From Felis catus (Eukaryota), in assembly GCF_018350175.1 (NCBI RefSeq), contig NC_058368.1, positions 30,630,001 through 30,694,000 on the forward strand: a DNA stretch of 64,000 bases. Reading direction: 5' to 3'. Under the pieces are notes generated by a model. It had not been told where the DNA came from, ran no database searches, and was given only the letters and a program-made list of their open reading frames with translations. The stretch's first letter is position 1; each line of letters starts with the position of its first letter. Both the position numbers and the translations under genes were made by a program. Below, piece by piece: positions 24,831 through 37,850 of the stretch.

Positions 24831-26239
24831 TTGAAAATACCATCCTCCTTCCCAGCCTTCTCTGGAAAAATAAAGAGAATCAATACCAGCCGTGGAATAT
24901 AATTGATGAAAAGTAGATTCATGACCTCAATTATATGAATGACTAAAATATTTATTTACTTCACTTAACAACTATAGAATCTGGCCAATAAAGTCAGTGA
25001 TGTAAATTTGAGAATGGAAATGGAATTATAGGAATAACATTTAAAAACACGTATTAATTTATTTTAACTCAGAAGTACTTTCATAGCCTTACACTTGAAA
25101 GTAATATTCGTTATTTTAGTTCAGGCTGTTCATTTAACCACTTGAGAACATGGAGGCTGAAACAGTTTCAATAGTATGCCACAGATAGATGAAAGGTATC
25201 ACATCCAGGTCAGTGACGTCTTCGGTTTATCATTTAGCCTGTAGATGTGGTAACTTTATTTTTTCTAGCCATTGTATTTTTCCTGAGTGGAGCTATCACT
25301 TCTATAAAAACATCATAAATGGATGGAATTTGGAGACTTTGTATAGCAACTCCCTTATTTTACAGACAAGGATACTGAGATGCTAGGGAGCATTATGAAT
25401 GCTTTCATACTGCTGTATGGCTGGGATATTCTTAGCAAAATAAATGATAAGCTATAAATATAGAGAATAATATATAAATAAAATATTTTTTTCTAGATAC
25501 ATTCATTCCTCATATTTCAAGGGCATGAGAGCTAGAGCTGCTTATCTCTTTTATTGTGGAACCATCTGCTGTCATTCAAGGGATAATAAAATCTATTGCC
25601 CCTGGAGCCAAATGCTTGCCTTCCTCCTTTTCTTCCCAGTGAGAATTTGTTTACTTTATGAAGATAAAGTCTTTCTCTTTCTCCTGTGGAGGGTGGCAGC
25701 TGAGAGGACAGCATGTCGCTTACATAAACTGCTAGATGCATAATTTTGGGGTTCTATTCCTGTGGTGGGGAAACAAACAAACAAAAATGCTGTAGTATGC
25801 ATAGGCTATATCTGGTTCTTTTTTCATTGCCCCGAAGGGGAAAAGTGGGGCATAAGGAATCAATGAGTTTATTGCGGTGAATAATAGGCTGTTCCTGACC
25901 CAGAGACCTTGTGTTTTCTTTCAGGGTAGTATAAATAAACAAATATATTAAACATGTGTCAGAAGGCTCACAGAAGTGAAGTGACCAACCTGAAACTCAG
26001 TTTAAAAATGCTACAAAAAGGGGAAACTGTCTTTCTCTTCTTCCTGTTGTGTTTCTAGGCTCATTCTATTGTCATTTCGTTTAGGCTTGATAAAGTAGGT
26101 AAATAGTCAAACATATACTCAAATTATTTGAATCTGCATTCAAAAAGCCTGCTTAATTTAGGAAAAAATAGCATTTACTTTATTTCTTAAGCAATTACGG
26201 AGTTTCAAGTTACCTTGTTGAATGTAAGGTTCAAGCAGA

Positions 26240-26385
26240 CCTAGGTTGTTTCCTCATCTCTGCCACCCTCTGACTCATAAGCCTCTGTCTGTTTATATGT
26301 AAAATGGGGATAATAACATTTACCTTCTATAACTATTGTAAGAAATAAGACAATAAATGGAACATAGCATCTGGTACATTGTATC
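26240..26385 (+). mobile_element. MIR fragment
   Basis: tgtaaaatggggataataaca MIR core. Confidence 0.7.
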
Positions 26386-26394
26386 TTAATTCTA

Positions 26395-26520
26395 GTTTTA
26401 TTCTCAGATATTTCAAATAAAATAACTGAGGTCCCAAAGTGATTTCTCAAAAGTCATAGGGAATAAGAAGGAAGGAATTGAACCAAATCTTGGACTCATG
26501 GTTCATTGTCTTCCTGTAAT
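26395..26520 (-). mobile_element. MIR fragment
   Basis: aactgaggtcccaaagtgatttctcaaaagtcatag...ttgaacc. Confidence 0.5.
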
Positions 26521-26576
26521 GGTCTTTGCCTCAATATATCACATGAGAATAAGTGGCCAACCCCTCCTTTGGATTT

Positions 26577-27060
26577 GCAGGGTAGGAAAAGTTTTTCTTC
26601 ATCCTCTTAGGGTTCCTGGCTCAGTCTGAAAATTAAACTGACAAAGATTAATAGGAGAAAAGCATGCGCATGTATTTAATGTAAGTTTTGTGTGGCGTGG
26701 GAATCTTCAAAAGGAAATGAAGACCTGAAGGAACAGTTAAACCTAACTATTTTTAAAATAGGTTTGATGAAGAGTGGACAGTCATGGAGAAATAGGGTAG
26801 GGCAAAGACTATGAAGTATAGTAGACTGGGGAATTGAGCAAAGCCTGCTCATTGGGATTCTTATTCTTCCGTCTGAGAAGGATGTTCCTTAACCCTGGGT
26901 ATAGGGAGGGCACCTCTCAGGGTCTTGTGACCTGCTTCAGGGGAGTGGGGGAAGACAGAGTGACCTTCCCGCATCTGCTGTTTTTCCAAACTCCTTCAGC
27001 TTAAGGTACTCAGTATTCCAAGGTGGGGTGTTTTAGTGTTAGCATGTTCTGAACATGTTC
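26577..27060 (-). mobile_element. ERV1 solo LTR, MER89/MER90-like
   Basis: Minus strand begins ...ttcagaacatgcta...caccttgg...ttaagctgaaggagtttg, typical of this group; other end aaattaaactgacaaagattaataggagaaaagc. Confidence 0.8.
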
Positions 27061-27433
27061 TGGCATATTAGAGTAATGGAGGGAGATGTTTAAAAATACA
27101 GCCCAAGAGTACAAACATAAACGAAGTATTCAAACAGAAGGAAAAATGGTTCTTACATCTGTTAGGTTTCGGAGGTACGCAGAGGAGTAGAAGCAAAAGT
27201 GGAAAGAAACACATTTTCAATAAGTGAAGATCTCCTTTGAGTTTTGACTGTTGGTCTTGTGTACACCGTCTTTATTAACTGAAAGAACAGGATGAATATC
27301 AGTAAGTTTTATCTAAGGAGCTAAGTCCATATTTTCTGAATCCTAAAAACTGGAAGAAAATTAAGTCCTTGTACATTTGATTTTTCTCACCATTTAAGAC
27401 ACTACACTAGAATTTTTTATCCAGTTCTGTCTT

Positions 27434-27645
27434 TTTTTTTTTTTCAATGTTTATTTATTTTTGGGACAGAGAGACAGAGCATGAATGGGGGAGGGGCAGA
27501 GAGAGAGGGAGACACAGACTCAGAAACAGGCTCCAGGCTCTGAGCCATCAGCCCAGAGCCCGACGTGGGGCTCGAACTCACGGACCGCGAGATCGTGACC
27601 TGGCTGAAGTCGGACGCTTAACCGACTGCGCCACCCAGGCGCCCC
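27434..27645 (-). mobile_element. Young felid SINE (SINEC_Fc)
   Basis: Many intact CpGs; perfect 16-bp TSD tatccagttctgtctt at 27418-27433 and 27646-27661. Confidence 0.99.
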
Positions 27646-28035
27646 TATCCAGTTCTGTCTTGATGCATCTTTAGTTAGCTAATCAAGACATAGGACAAAA
27701 TATAGAGTCATCAAAAATTATACACTAATTTACAATATAGGGTACATTATGTTCACTCCTATTTGAACAAAAGGACATGGACTGTTCTGTATGTTTGCTT
27801 TTACTTTTTCTGGAAAACAACCCATAAACCCTATTCATGTAACAGAAATGAATGATTTTGGGTTTGCTTTCATTCTGTTTTTGGTGCAGTGGGAACTTAG
27901 AAACCCTTGTGATACAACCCAAGGAGAGATCTTTCTTTTTTTAAAATTATTAGCCTCTAATAATTTCACCCACACCTAATTTGACAGGATTTTTTTTAAT
28001 ATCTCCTGTTTTTCGAAAATCTCCCAAGCGTTTAT

Positions 28036-28219
28036 TCTATTTTTATTTTAAAGAAAGCATGAGTGGGGAGAGGGGCAAACAGAGAGGGAGAGGCAATCTT
28101 AAGCAGGGTCCACGCTCTGTGTGGAACCTGACGCAGGGCTCAATCCCACGACTCTGGGATCATGACTTTAGCCGAAATCAAGTCAGACACTCAACCAACT
28201 GAGCCACCTCAGGTGCCCT
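28036..28219 (-). mobile_element. Carnivore SINE (older, shorter subtype)
   Basis: gggatcatgac...ctgagccacc; TSD aagcgtttat/aagcatttat. Confidence 0.93.
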
Positions 28220-31083
28220 GAAAGCATTTATAATAGTTATCACAAAACAAAGTGTTCTTTTTTTATGTTCCTATTTCATATTTTATTAAATTATGTAATT
28301 AAAACTTCCATGAGTGGGCCTGAAAACAAAGATAATCGACTCTTAGTAAACGTAAAACTCAAGTGGAGAGGACAACGTGCATTGGTATACCAGAAAGATA
28401 AGAGAACGATAATGATTAATTTTGTTCCCTTATATTTCCTTGGATTTAATGAAAAGCCATGGAGTTTTTAGTACAGATTCCACATAAAAGTTTTTCAGCG
28501 CCGAATTCTAAATATGCTAAATTTTAAAAGAGTTGTATCAATATTTTAGGCTGGCAGCCTTATAAACACATGGGTTGCAGATCTCTGCAATCAATCTCAC
28601 GATCTTTTAAAAGGCAGTATTGTTGAACTTTGGCATTTAAACATTTTTCACTGACTATTCTTCCTAAAACATGTATGATGTTCATTATGTCCTGAAGTAA
28701 TTTAAGAAATAATCAAAGTTAATCAATGCCATAGACTGACAAATTGCTTTGCACCACCAAATTCACATTTAAAACATTTCCCTCGATAGTGTTTTAAATC
28801 CTCCTCAAACTTGAATACTCTCAGGTTTATTAAAAAAAAAAGTTTCAATTTTAAATCCTATAACTATAGAGATAATTTTCATTTCATAAAAGCATTGAGA
28901 TGATTAATCAATGATTTCTAAGTGTATCACAGATAGAAATTGCAGGCCTCGGTGATGAAAATTATAAATTATAACTGTTCTCACCCTTCACCTTTTGAAG
29001 ACAAATTTGAAATACCAGATGGGTTAAATTTGACGGCTGATTAATAGAAATGGAAAATAAATTTTTAAAAAGGATCCATGATCTCATTCTAAATTGCTTA
29101 AAGAAAAAATTTTAGGTTTACTCATTTATAAGAAAATTTTTATGGAATAATATAATGTGGTTTGCAACACAGGAGTGAGAAACTTAGGAGAAGCTTAGCG
29201 TGAGAATTTTACTACTTAGTTGTACAATATATGAAATCTAGTGGAAGAAAATATTTCAGAAGTTTGGCATTGTCTAGAATAGTAAAAATAGAAATTTAAA
29301 ACTGGTCCATTGACTGCCCACCCCCATTATAATAATAAGGCAAGTAGGTCACCAAAAGGAACTTGGTAGGAGTAAAATCCATAAACAGAACTTTAATCTG
29401 AATTGAATGCATAGAAGATACCACTAGGATAGCGTTCAAGAAAAGGGTCTTAATTATTCAGAAGTCAAAATTGTTGAAGGAATGGGAATTTTTAAATCTT
29501 TGTTGGGATTACTGGATATCTAAGGCCTATTTACATTGTTTCCATCTCTTAAAATGATTTGGGGAAGGATTTTGAAATTGCCTCAGTCAATGTGGGTTCC
29601 CTGTGTTGTGTATACTGTTGGCATTTAAGACAAATCTAAGAGTTCTAGTAAATCGTGAGGTTGAGTGCTTTGTGAAGACACAAACTGTAGGATAAAGGGA
29701 TTAATCTAGTCATGATTTCTGCATGTATGGTTTTTCAATGCATTTGTCCTCTCTTGTTTCTAAGATTTTTGGATGCCTGGACCTAATTACTTGCCACCAT
29801 GATACTTGCACCCTGTTCTCTGCAAATAAATAAAGCCGCCAATAAATAATTATGGTGGTTTTTTCGGTCCAGGAGATTTGCAAATTCGGGGATTCTTAAG
29901 AAGTATTGTGGTAACTACATTCTATTTCCTTTGTTAGAGGTAAACAGGAAAGGAAAATTAGTAATAATTAAATTTGGAGAGTTGGGAAGAACTTTCAGTT
30001 GTTTCTCTTCCATCAAATACTTTTTATACAATTTCTCTAGTTTGAAAATTTGAGTTCTGTGAATGTGAGATCTAGGATCAGAAAAGGTTTGAGGAGTTGT
30101 TTTCCTTTGTACTGTGTTACCAGCAGTTCTGTTGACCTTCACCCAAATGGCAGTGAGACCACAGCTGAGGGGAAAGCTGTAGCACCACTGAGGGAGGCCT
30201 GCTGCATGGGGAGGAGGGTGGCACAAAGGCTCTCGAAGCCAAAGAGGTGACTGACGCTGGTGCTACAGTTACAAACATAAACATGGTGGAAGCAATATGA
30301 CCGAGGCAGCGGTGGCTTAAGAATTTGTGACTTACAGGCAGACTTTGAAGAATGTTGGCAGCTCATTGCCAAAATGGTAGAAGAAGAGGGGGTTGAGAGA
30401 TTGACGATTTAGGGAGAAAAAGTAGTGTCAAGGAAAGAGAAAGTTGGCTATTTGGGAATAACGTTCCCTCACACATAGGTCGGTTCTACCCTAGGCTGCA
30501 ACCTAAAGGCTCTGGTATTCTTTTCATCATGGGAAATGGCTCTTAACTACAAAGTGTGATTGGAGTGTGGAGGTTTTATAAACTGGTTTTTAACGAGTGG
30601 CCTGTTCAGTGCTTCCACTAGCTTCCTTACAGAGAAACAAAGACTATTAAAAGTTCAAACACTATTACGAAGAAATACTAGTTCAAACTATTTACAGTTT
30701 ATAGCCAGGTTTTCCTCTACACCTCTCCCCACCTTCCACCTCTTAGCTCGCATTGCTCGAGTTGTCCATCTCTATGACTAGAAGGATTGAAAAACTCTTC
30801 TACCTTATATCTGAATTTGAAAGAAATCCAGATATGGGCCAAAAACTGACTTCTCCCTGAAAGCTGAGATTCTTGTTCTTTGGCCACAGTCTGATGTTGC
30901 ACATTAAGACATAAAAACTTTATCCTCATTTCCAATTAAATTATCAGAGGAAGGAAGCACTAGTGAATACACATCATTCATTCAACTACCTTTTGTGGGC
31001 ATCTAGATAAGCCAGAGCCAATGATTGTAAGAATTTGCAAGATTTCTCTAAACTGATTTGTTGTTTTGGATATTCCTTTATTT

Positions 31084-31152
31084 CTTTAAAAAGTTGTATT
31101 TTTTTTTTTAATGTTTATTCATTTGTGTGAGAGAGAGACAGAGCAGGGGAGG

Positions 31153-31196
<44 letters not shown>

Positions 31197-31326
31197 GTGT
31201 CCAAAGCAGGCTCCAGGCTCCAAACTGTCAGTGCAGAGCTCAATGCAGGGCTCGAACTCACAGACCTCAAGATCATGACCTGAGCCAAAGTTGAACACTC
31301 AACTGACTGAGCCATCCAGGTGCCCC
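31084..31326 (-). mobile_element. Carnivore SINE with expanded (GA)n
   Basis: SINE body, (GA)~18 tract; TSD tcctttattt at 31074-31083 and 31327-31336. Confidence 0.97.
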
Positions 31327-31626
31327 TCCTTTATTTATTTCTAATAATTAGTAACAGATCTCTGTAAAATGAAAGCTTGTCCAGAAAGAGCAGGAAACTG
31401 AGAAGACTATCTCTGTCCTGGTGCCACACTCCCTTTTCCCTGGTCTTAGGAAACGCTCAGACCTAGTGCCCGGGAAAAGTGGTCCACTTGTGTCCTAGGA
31501 ATGGTCTTTTATTAAAAAACAGAGAAGACTCAAGGTGCTACTCTCTGACGCTTCATAATCATCTATCACCATGTAAGATATACACAGTGAAGTTACTAAT
31601 GACTTAAATTTATTTTTTATTTTTCT

Positions 31627-31848
31627 TTTTAAAAATTTTTTTTTTCAACATTTATTTATTTTTGGGACAGAGAGAGACAGAGCATGAACAGGGGAGGGGC
31701 AGAGAGAGAGGGAGACACAGAATCGGAAACAGGCTCCAGGCTCTGAGCCATCAGCCCAGAGCCCGACGCGGGGCTCGAACTCACGGACCACGAGATCGTG
31801 ACCTGGCTGAAGTCGGACGCTTAACCGACTGCGCCACCCAGGCGCCTC
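31627..31848 (-). mobile_element. Young felid SINE (SINEC_Fc)
   Basis: Near-identical to 27434-27645; perfect 16-bp TSD tattttttatttttct at 31611-31626 and 31849-31864. Confidence 0.99.
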
Positions 31849-34522
31849 TATTTTTTATTTTTCTAAAGAAACATTTTGTCAAATATGAAATGAGAGAAAT
31901 CTATTTGGTTTCAAAGATTACTCATGCTTTCCTTGCCCAGGTAAAGAGTACCAGAGTGGCTGTAAAAACAATGTTAATGTTTTTGGGGAGGCTAAAACAT
32001 TTCTGCTATATGATACATCCAAAGCTACATCATGAAAATGATACATTAGTACAATTTTTAAGGAAGCTTTCAGAACCAAAGATCCAAAGAAATTCCCACA
32101 ATAATTATTCTTTCTATTTAATCTTTGCTGGTTTCCTTCCAAGATCTTTTAGAATGCCTTTCTTTTTCCTGTTTTCTTTCATCACTATTAACTTTTTATT
32201 TAGGCAATCCTGCTTTTTGTCACAATTATGAGACTTTTACATTTAGAAAACTATGGTTAATATTCTCTGAAGTCAATTAGATATTCCCCTGGCATAAATA
32301 TAAACTATAAGATTTGCTATTTTTTACTGTCCATTTTTTTTTTTTTTACCAATCAACTGTGAACTTGTTTTCACACCAAGCACTATGCCTGGCACAAGGA
32401 CAATGGTTATGAATTCTTTGGTAAATGGATGGCAGTGTTATCTGCCAGAATTCTACAAACACTCACAGGATCTGAACGATTTTAAACTCTTTCAATTGAG
32501 CAATTGCTATACAACAATACGATTTTTGCCCTTACAGCTAGAATTTTGTTGGCTTCATGATAAGTGTTTATTGATGATGCTGTCAATGACACAGTCATCA
32601 GAATAAAAAATGAAAAAGCATAGATCCCCTTGCAAGAGAAGGATGGATAATAAGCTTCTGTTTCCTCCTGAATTACATATTGTACAAACACAGAACAAAT
32701 ATTTATATGAACAGGTAAATAATTTCTCTTGTTTAGACAGGTTAAAAGAAGATTTCCTTCATGGTGGAGACATAGTCATTGCTTTAGGTAGAATGCATAA
32801 TACCCTTGTTTACAGTCTTAAGGGAATAATTCACGTGTGTGTATTTGTGTGCATGTGTGTGTGTGTTTTCCCTACTTGCTTTTTTATTTCATTTGCATTT
32901 CCAAACTGATTCTTCATTTCAGAAGCTCAAATTGATTCATTTGAGCAGCCTTCCAAATCTTCCACTGCGCTTACATTGTTCAGTGACATGTACTCCTTCC
33001 CCCTACCCCAACACTCATAATCCCCATCTCAGTACTAGAAGAGTGCTTTATCACCTATCCATGGTGGCTATTAATAGGCTGCTGAGCTAACTTGTCATTT
33101 CTGAAGTTTATTTTTATATGAAAGAAGGATAACATTTTGTTGTTTTTCTGCTTATGTAATTGCTGTGCTTAAAGAAAGAACCTTTTGTTTTTACAGTTTT
33201 CAAATTTTTTGTGAGTCTATCCATTAAACAGATTTGGAACAACAGGTAAATGGTATTGAACTGTGATTTGTGCATCTTTCATGCCCTGTTGATTTTGAGA
33301 TAAATCAAGATTTCATTTCCTCATTTTATGAGTAAGATAAAAATCTGATTTCCAAAAATAAGCAAACAAAACAAAAACAATTTACACACGGCATTCTCTC
33401 TGTTATACCAGTGAGCTGTTTACACCCTCATATTGTAGCATTCCAAACAGTTCTTATATAAGATATTAGAGCAACTAGCCTACAGAAGCATGCTGGGAAT
33501 TGCATGCCGTTACGGTGTAAAATAATGCAGGTCCCACGAGGCCAAGGCCCGTGCTTAGCTTTCTTTATTACCAGTGCCATCAGATAGTGTAGCACACGGT
33601 GCACGCTCAAGAAGTGTTTGAGAAAAAGGCAGCCTGGAATAAACAGTTCCGTAGGAAATGCATGCCAGCTTGCAGTCTTAAATTACTTTCATTTGTATTT
33701 ATACATATACGTGAAGTTTCATGAGTAGTAAGAAAATAATAGTTAATTTTTTGAACAGCTCTTGGATGCTAGGCAGTGTGCTAAGGACCGTTATAATTAC
33801 TCTTTCAATTTTAGGAGGTCAATTTTAGCCCACTTAGAAGATGAGGAAAATGAGGGACGAGAGTGTATCTGGAGTCCTTTAAATGCAGAAGGGTTTTCTC
33901 CATCTGAGATAGTGTAAATGTGGCTGTGTTTGAAGTTAGGTGAGAGATAAGATACACTTTTATGTATTCTGGTTTGGGGAAACCATGACTCAATTAATCT
34001 CCACCTGATTCTGCCATGTTGACTTAGAAAAATGACTTGCTAACTTAGGTTTTTCAAAGCAGTAGAATTTAAAATGAAATTAAAATGCATATTAGCAATT
34101 AAGCAAGGGTATGTTTCTTCCTCTTTATAGAGATGGTGGTTTAGGTTTACCATTTCAAACACCGGTGAAAATAAAAACGTAAAATATGACAGACCAAAGG
34201 CCAAAACAACCACTGTATCATCTATTAATGCAATTTCAAGGCAACTGGCACCATGGTGTCTCTTTTCCCAGATAGCGATATTACTATTTAATCCGTGATT
34301 ATAAATTTAAGAGTAAACATTAATAGTTGATGCCATTTGATTAAAATGAAAATCGCCCCAAATCTTTGGGGATTGTCACCCATTCCTTGTTTACAGATGC
34401 ATGAAACTTGAACATTTTCCTTTTAACATTAGAATTGGCTTCGCTTATAAATCCCATCACCGACCCAGAGGGTGTTTCTGCATAGCTGTCAGGGATGGAT
34501 AGATTCAAAAGAGGCAGCAGGC

Positions 34523-34544
34523 GGGAAGGGCGGGGTGGGGGGGG
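34523..34544 (+). other. G-quadruplex-forming motif
   Basis: GGG-AA-GGG-C-GGGG-T-GGGGGGGG fits the four-G-tract, short-loop rule. Confidence 0.7.
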
Positions 34545-35494
34545 CTTCCTATCAATAACTGGTGTCAATGATTAGCTGTTTATCATGCAGAGCTGGGGAT
34601 AATGAAGATGGGGAAGAGAATATTCCTGGTGGTTTTAAAATCCAAACATCACTATTTTCTTGACCACGTAAAAAGTGTATATTTATGTAATTCATGCATT
34701 AAGAAAAACATGAATGAAATGTTAACATTATTGAAATGTTAACATTAATGAAATGAAAACGTTATTCAGGTAGCAAAAAGACATTGATCATTGGTTATTT
34801 TGGTGACAGAACAAACTCTCCTGTGTGTCACAATACCACCTACTGTCCGTCTATTCCCTGACGTTGAGAGGCATATTTCTCCACTAGCAGGGCTTTGGTA
34901 GAAACACAAAGCCCTGCCTGTGCGGCACCTCAAAGGGCTTTCTGTTGGGTCATGTTTATCAGGGATCCATTTCCAGCCAGCATTAGGCCTATCTAGGCTT
35001 CATATTCATCAGCTGAGAAATGAGTTCAGCCATTTAGTGACAGAAACGTAGAATCAATTAATAAGCAATAGAAAACTCTAAGACGATAAAGACTTTCCCA
35101 GTATTAAGCAAATTCTATATTTAATGGCTTATGAAAATGTACTTCTATGCCATATATAAAGGAAAAAAGAAGAAAGAATCCCAGCAGAAACCCTAAGTCT
35201 TAGTGGGACTTGTACTTAGCATTTTATTAACTTGTGTTGGTCCCTTTTTTTTTTTTTTTTTTTTTTTTTGGTTATAAACAACAGTTCTTCCCATATTGAG
35301 AACTAAGAAGAAGGAAGGTGGATAGGGAGGTAGACCAGTTGCTGAGCCCTACTTTGAGGCCACTTTCCCTTTCCCTGGCAATCTTGTAAATGTCTATAAG
35401 AACTGGTGTCATGTTTTATTATTCATTCCCTCTTCAACTCCCTTCAGTTTGGTTTCTATCACCTCCTACTGCTGTCTGATTACCAATAGATACC

Positions 35495-35645
35495 ACAATA
35501 TGCTTATAAAGTAAGTGCCATTTTAATTTTATGGATGATGGGACTCAGGGAACAGGCTCAGGGAAGTTAAAGGTCTTGCTCAAGCTCACGCACTTATAAG
35601 AAGTAGACTGAACTTAAAACTGAGGTTTTTCAGCACTAAAATATG
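35495..35645 (-). mobile_element. MIR fragment
   Basis: attttatggatga...aggctcagggaagttaaaggtcttgctcaagctcac. Confidence 0.6.
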
Positions 35646-35875
35646 TATTGCAAAATTTCATTTCAGTGCCTCCCTTTGTCTTCACTCCTTGGTTTGGCAT
35701 AAAGCCTTCCAGTTTCTCTCCTTAAACTATATTTTTATCTTTCTCTCTGTTGTGCATTATAAAGACCCCTTGCACAGCCATATTAGTTGGGTATTGATTT
35801 TGCAGGATCCCACTTACTGGACAGAGTGCCTGCCGGCTGTGCCCTCAGTGCCCCATATGTATTTAATCTTTACAA

Positions 35876-36084
35876 GTTTATTTTGTTTTAATTTTACAAT
35901 GTTTATTTTTGAGAGACAGAGAGAGGTGGGGAGGGGCAGAGAGAGAGGGAGACAGAATCTGAAGTAGGCTCCAGACTCCGAGCTGTCAGCACAGAGCCCG
36001 ACATGAGGCTCAAACTCACAAACCATGAGGTGATGACCTGAGCTGAAGTCAGAAGCTCAACTGACTGAGCCACCCAGGAGCCCC
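35876..36084 (-). mobile_element. Carnivore SINE (SINEC_Fc type)
   Basis: Full body; TSD tttaatctttacaa at 35862-35875 and 36089-36102. Confidence 0.97.
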
Positions 36085-36790
36085 TGCCTTTAATCTTTAC
36101 AACAAGACTGGTCAAGGCCAGGGTGAGTTCTGTGGATTTTTCAGGCAGGCTAATTTGCTCCCCATCAAACAATATTCTTCACGTATTTGTTCAGCATTTA
36201 ATTAGATAGGACAACGAGTCTTGAATAAGGAAGAGACACACAAATGATACTCCTTCAGGTGACCAGAGCAGCACAGTCTACTTTGGGGGTTGGGGTGGGA
36301 AAGCTTTACAATTTCTTCTCTGAAAACAGTCATGGGGATGGCAGCTTTAGGTCGCATCGCCTTTGGCAAGGATGGGCTAGGAAGCTGTGGACTACTCATT
36401 ATATGCTCCTTCTCAATCCAGATGGCTAATCAAAGTGTTCCTTCTAACCACACACAATCTTTCAAGAACTTTCTAGAACTATAACTCTCTCCATCATTAT
36501 ATTTAGGAGATGTTCTCTGACCCCTTACTGATTAGTGCTCTGTATATCTGACCCAGATGACCTGACTTGAAACTCTCATTGATAACAGCGTTATTATTTC
36601 CATTTAATGGAAGGATACTAGCACTCAAACCCCATGGAGTTCAAACTCCATGCTCTTTTCCAAGTAACGTATTATCTTTCCTCTGAACTTCAATTTTCTC
36701 ACTTCAGAGTTTATACTTGCCACTTGACCTGCCCAGAACATGGTTTTACTTTTTTCTATGCCTGTTCCATCAGCCTTGGCTACTCTTGAC

Positions 36791-36962
36791 TTTTTTTTTA
36801 ATGAGGTATTTATTGACCTACAGTATTAGTTTCAGGTGTATAACATACAGATTAGACCATTCTATGTATGATGCAGTGCTCACCATGTAAGTGTAGCTGC
36901 ATCTGTCAACATTCGACACTATTACAATATTATTGGCTATATTCCCTATGCTGTACTTTTCT
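36791..36962 (-). mobile_element. L1 3' end (L1_Carn/L1MA-like)
   Basis: Poly-T then ttagtttcaggtgta...tgctcacca...tattggctatattccctatgctgtac. Confidence 0.85.
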
Positions 36963-37199
36963 ACTTCCTGATGGTCTTTCCAACTTTGGCTTTTAGGATT
37001 GAAGGTTAAGCTAGTTTTGTCTCCTTATACTGCTGCTCTTCGGTCTTATAGTTCCTGGTCCTATATTGTGAAAGGGTTCCATCTTTATCTACTCTTGTGA
37101 CAGGAGTTACTTTGGGATTAAATGTTAACCAGTCTCACTCCTTCCACTCTTTCTACCCCTTCTCTCCAATATGTTCTCACCGCCTCTGTTTTCCCTCCT

Positions 37200-37850
37200 G
37201 GCAATGGTCTCCCAGAAATTTATTTATGTCACTAAACTTTCTTCTACATTTTGAATTACTAGTGGACATTTCCACTTAAAAACCCTGCCAAGACATCATT
37301 GATCTTTTCTTAAATTCGCCCCTGCCCTCTCCCAAGTTTAAGCTGGATTCCTCTCCATCCATTTTGCCACTCCCAGGATAGACCAAGTTTTAACGATTAT
37401 TGCTTCCCATGGCTTAATTTCTGTCATGGCTGCTTAATTTCTGTTATTGCAGCTTCCACAAAACTCATCTCTCACCTCTTAAGGGCAAGACTCGTGGGAG
37501 AGGTTCTAACTGATCTCTCTGCCTCCATTCCCTCCTTCTACCAGCATGTTTTCGATGTTCCTGTAGGATCAGCCTTCTGAAAATCTAATTTGTGTCTATC
37601 ACTGCTGTGTTTACAAAACCCCAATATTTTCCTCTGTGGGAGACTAAGATCCTACTCCTTAGTACTTCTAGGCAGACCAAGAATTACTTCACCTTATTTT
37701 GTTCTCAGGAATGCTTTGTGCCACTTTGCTCAGTGATCCCCAGTAGACTTGCTCTCAGTGTCTCCCATCTGACCAGGATGCCTCTTTGCCTCTGTAATCA
37801 CTGCCATTTTCAAGACCAATATACAATAGTGTTTCTTCCATAGATCCTTC
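37200..37850 (+). mobile_element. Degenerate L2 fragments
   Basis: tggacatttccact, ctaactgatctctctgcctcc, ctttgtgccactttgctc L2-like blocks; approximate limits. Confidence 0.5.

Noticed and set aside
31662..32231. Longest ORF (189 aa)
   Set aside because: The N-terminal third is antisense SINE (same peptide as ORF 27447-27674); the rest is AT-rich read-through with no recognisable domain
34715..34754. 17-bp duplication containing the palindrome aatgttaacatt (other micro-duplications near 4361, 15872, 20718, 37408, 61727)
   Set aside because: Ordinary slippage duplications with no evidence of function
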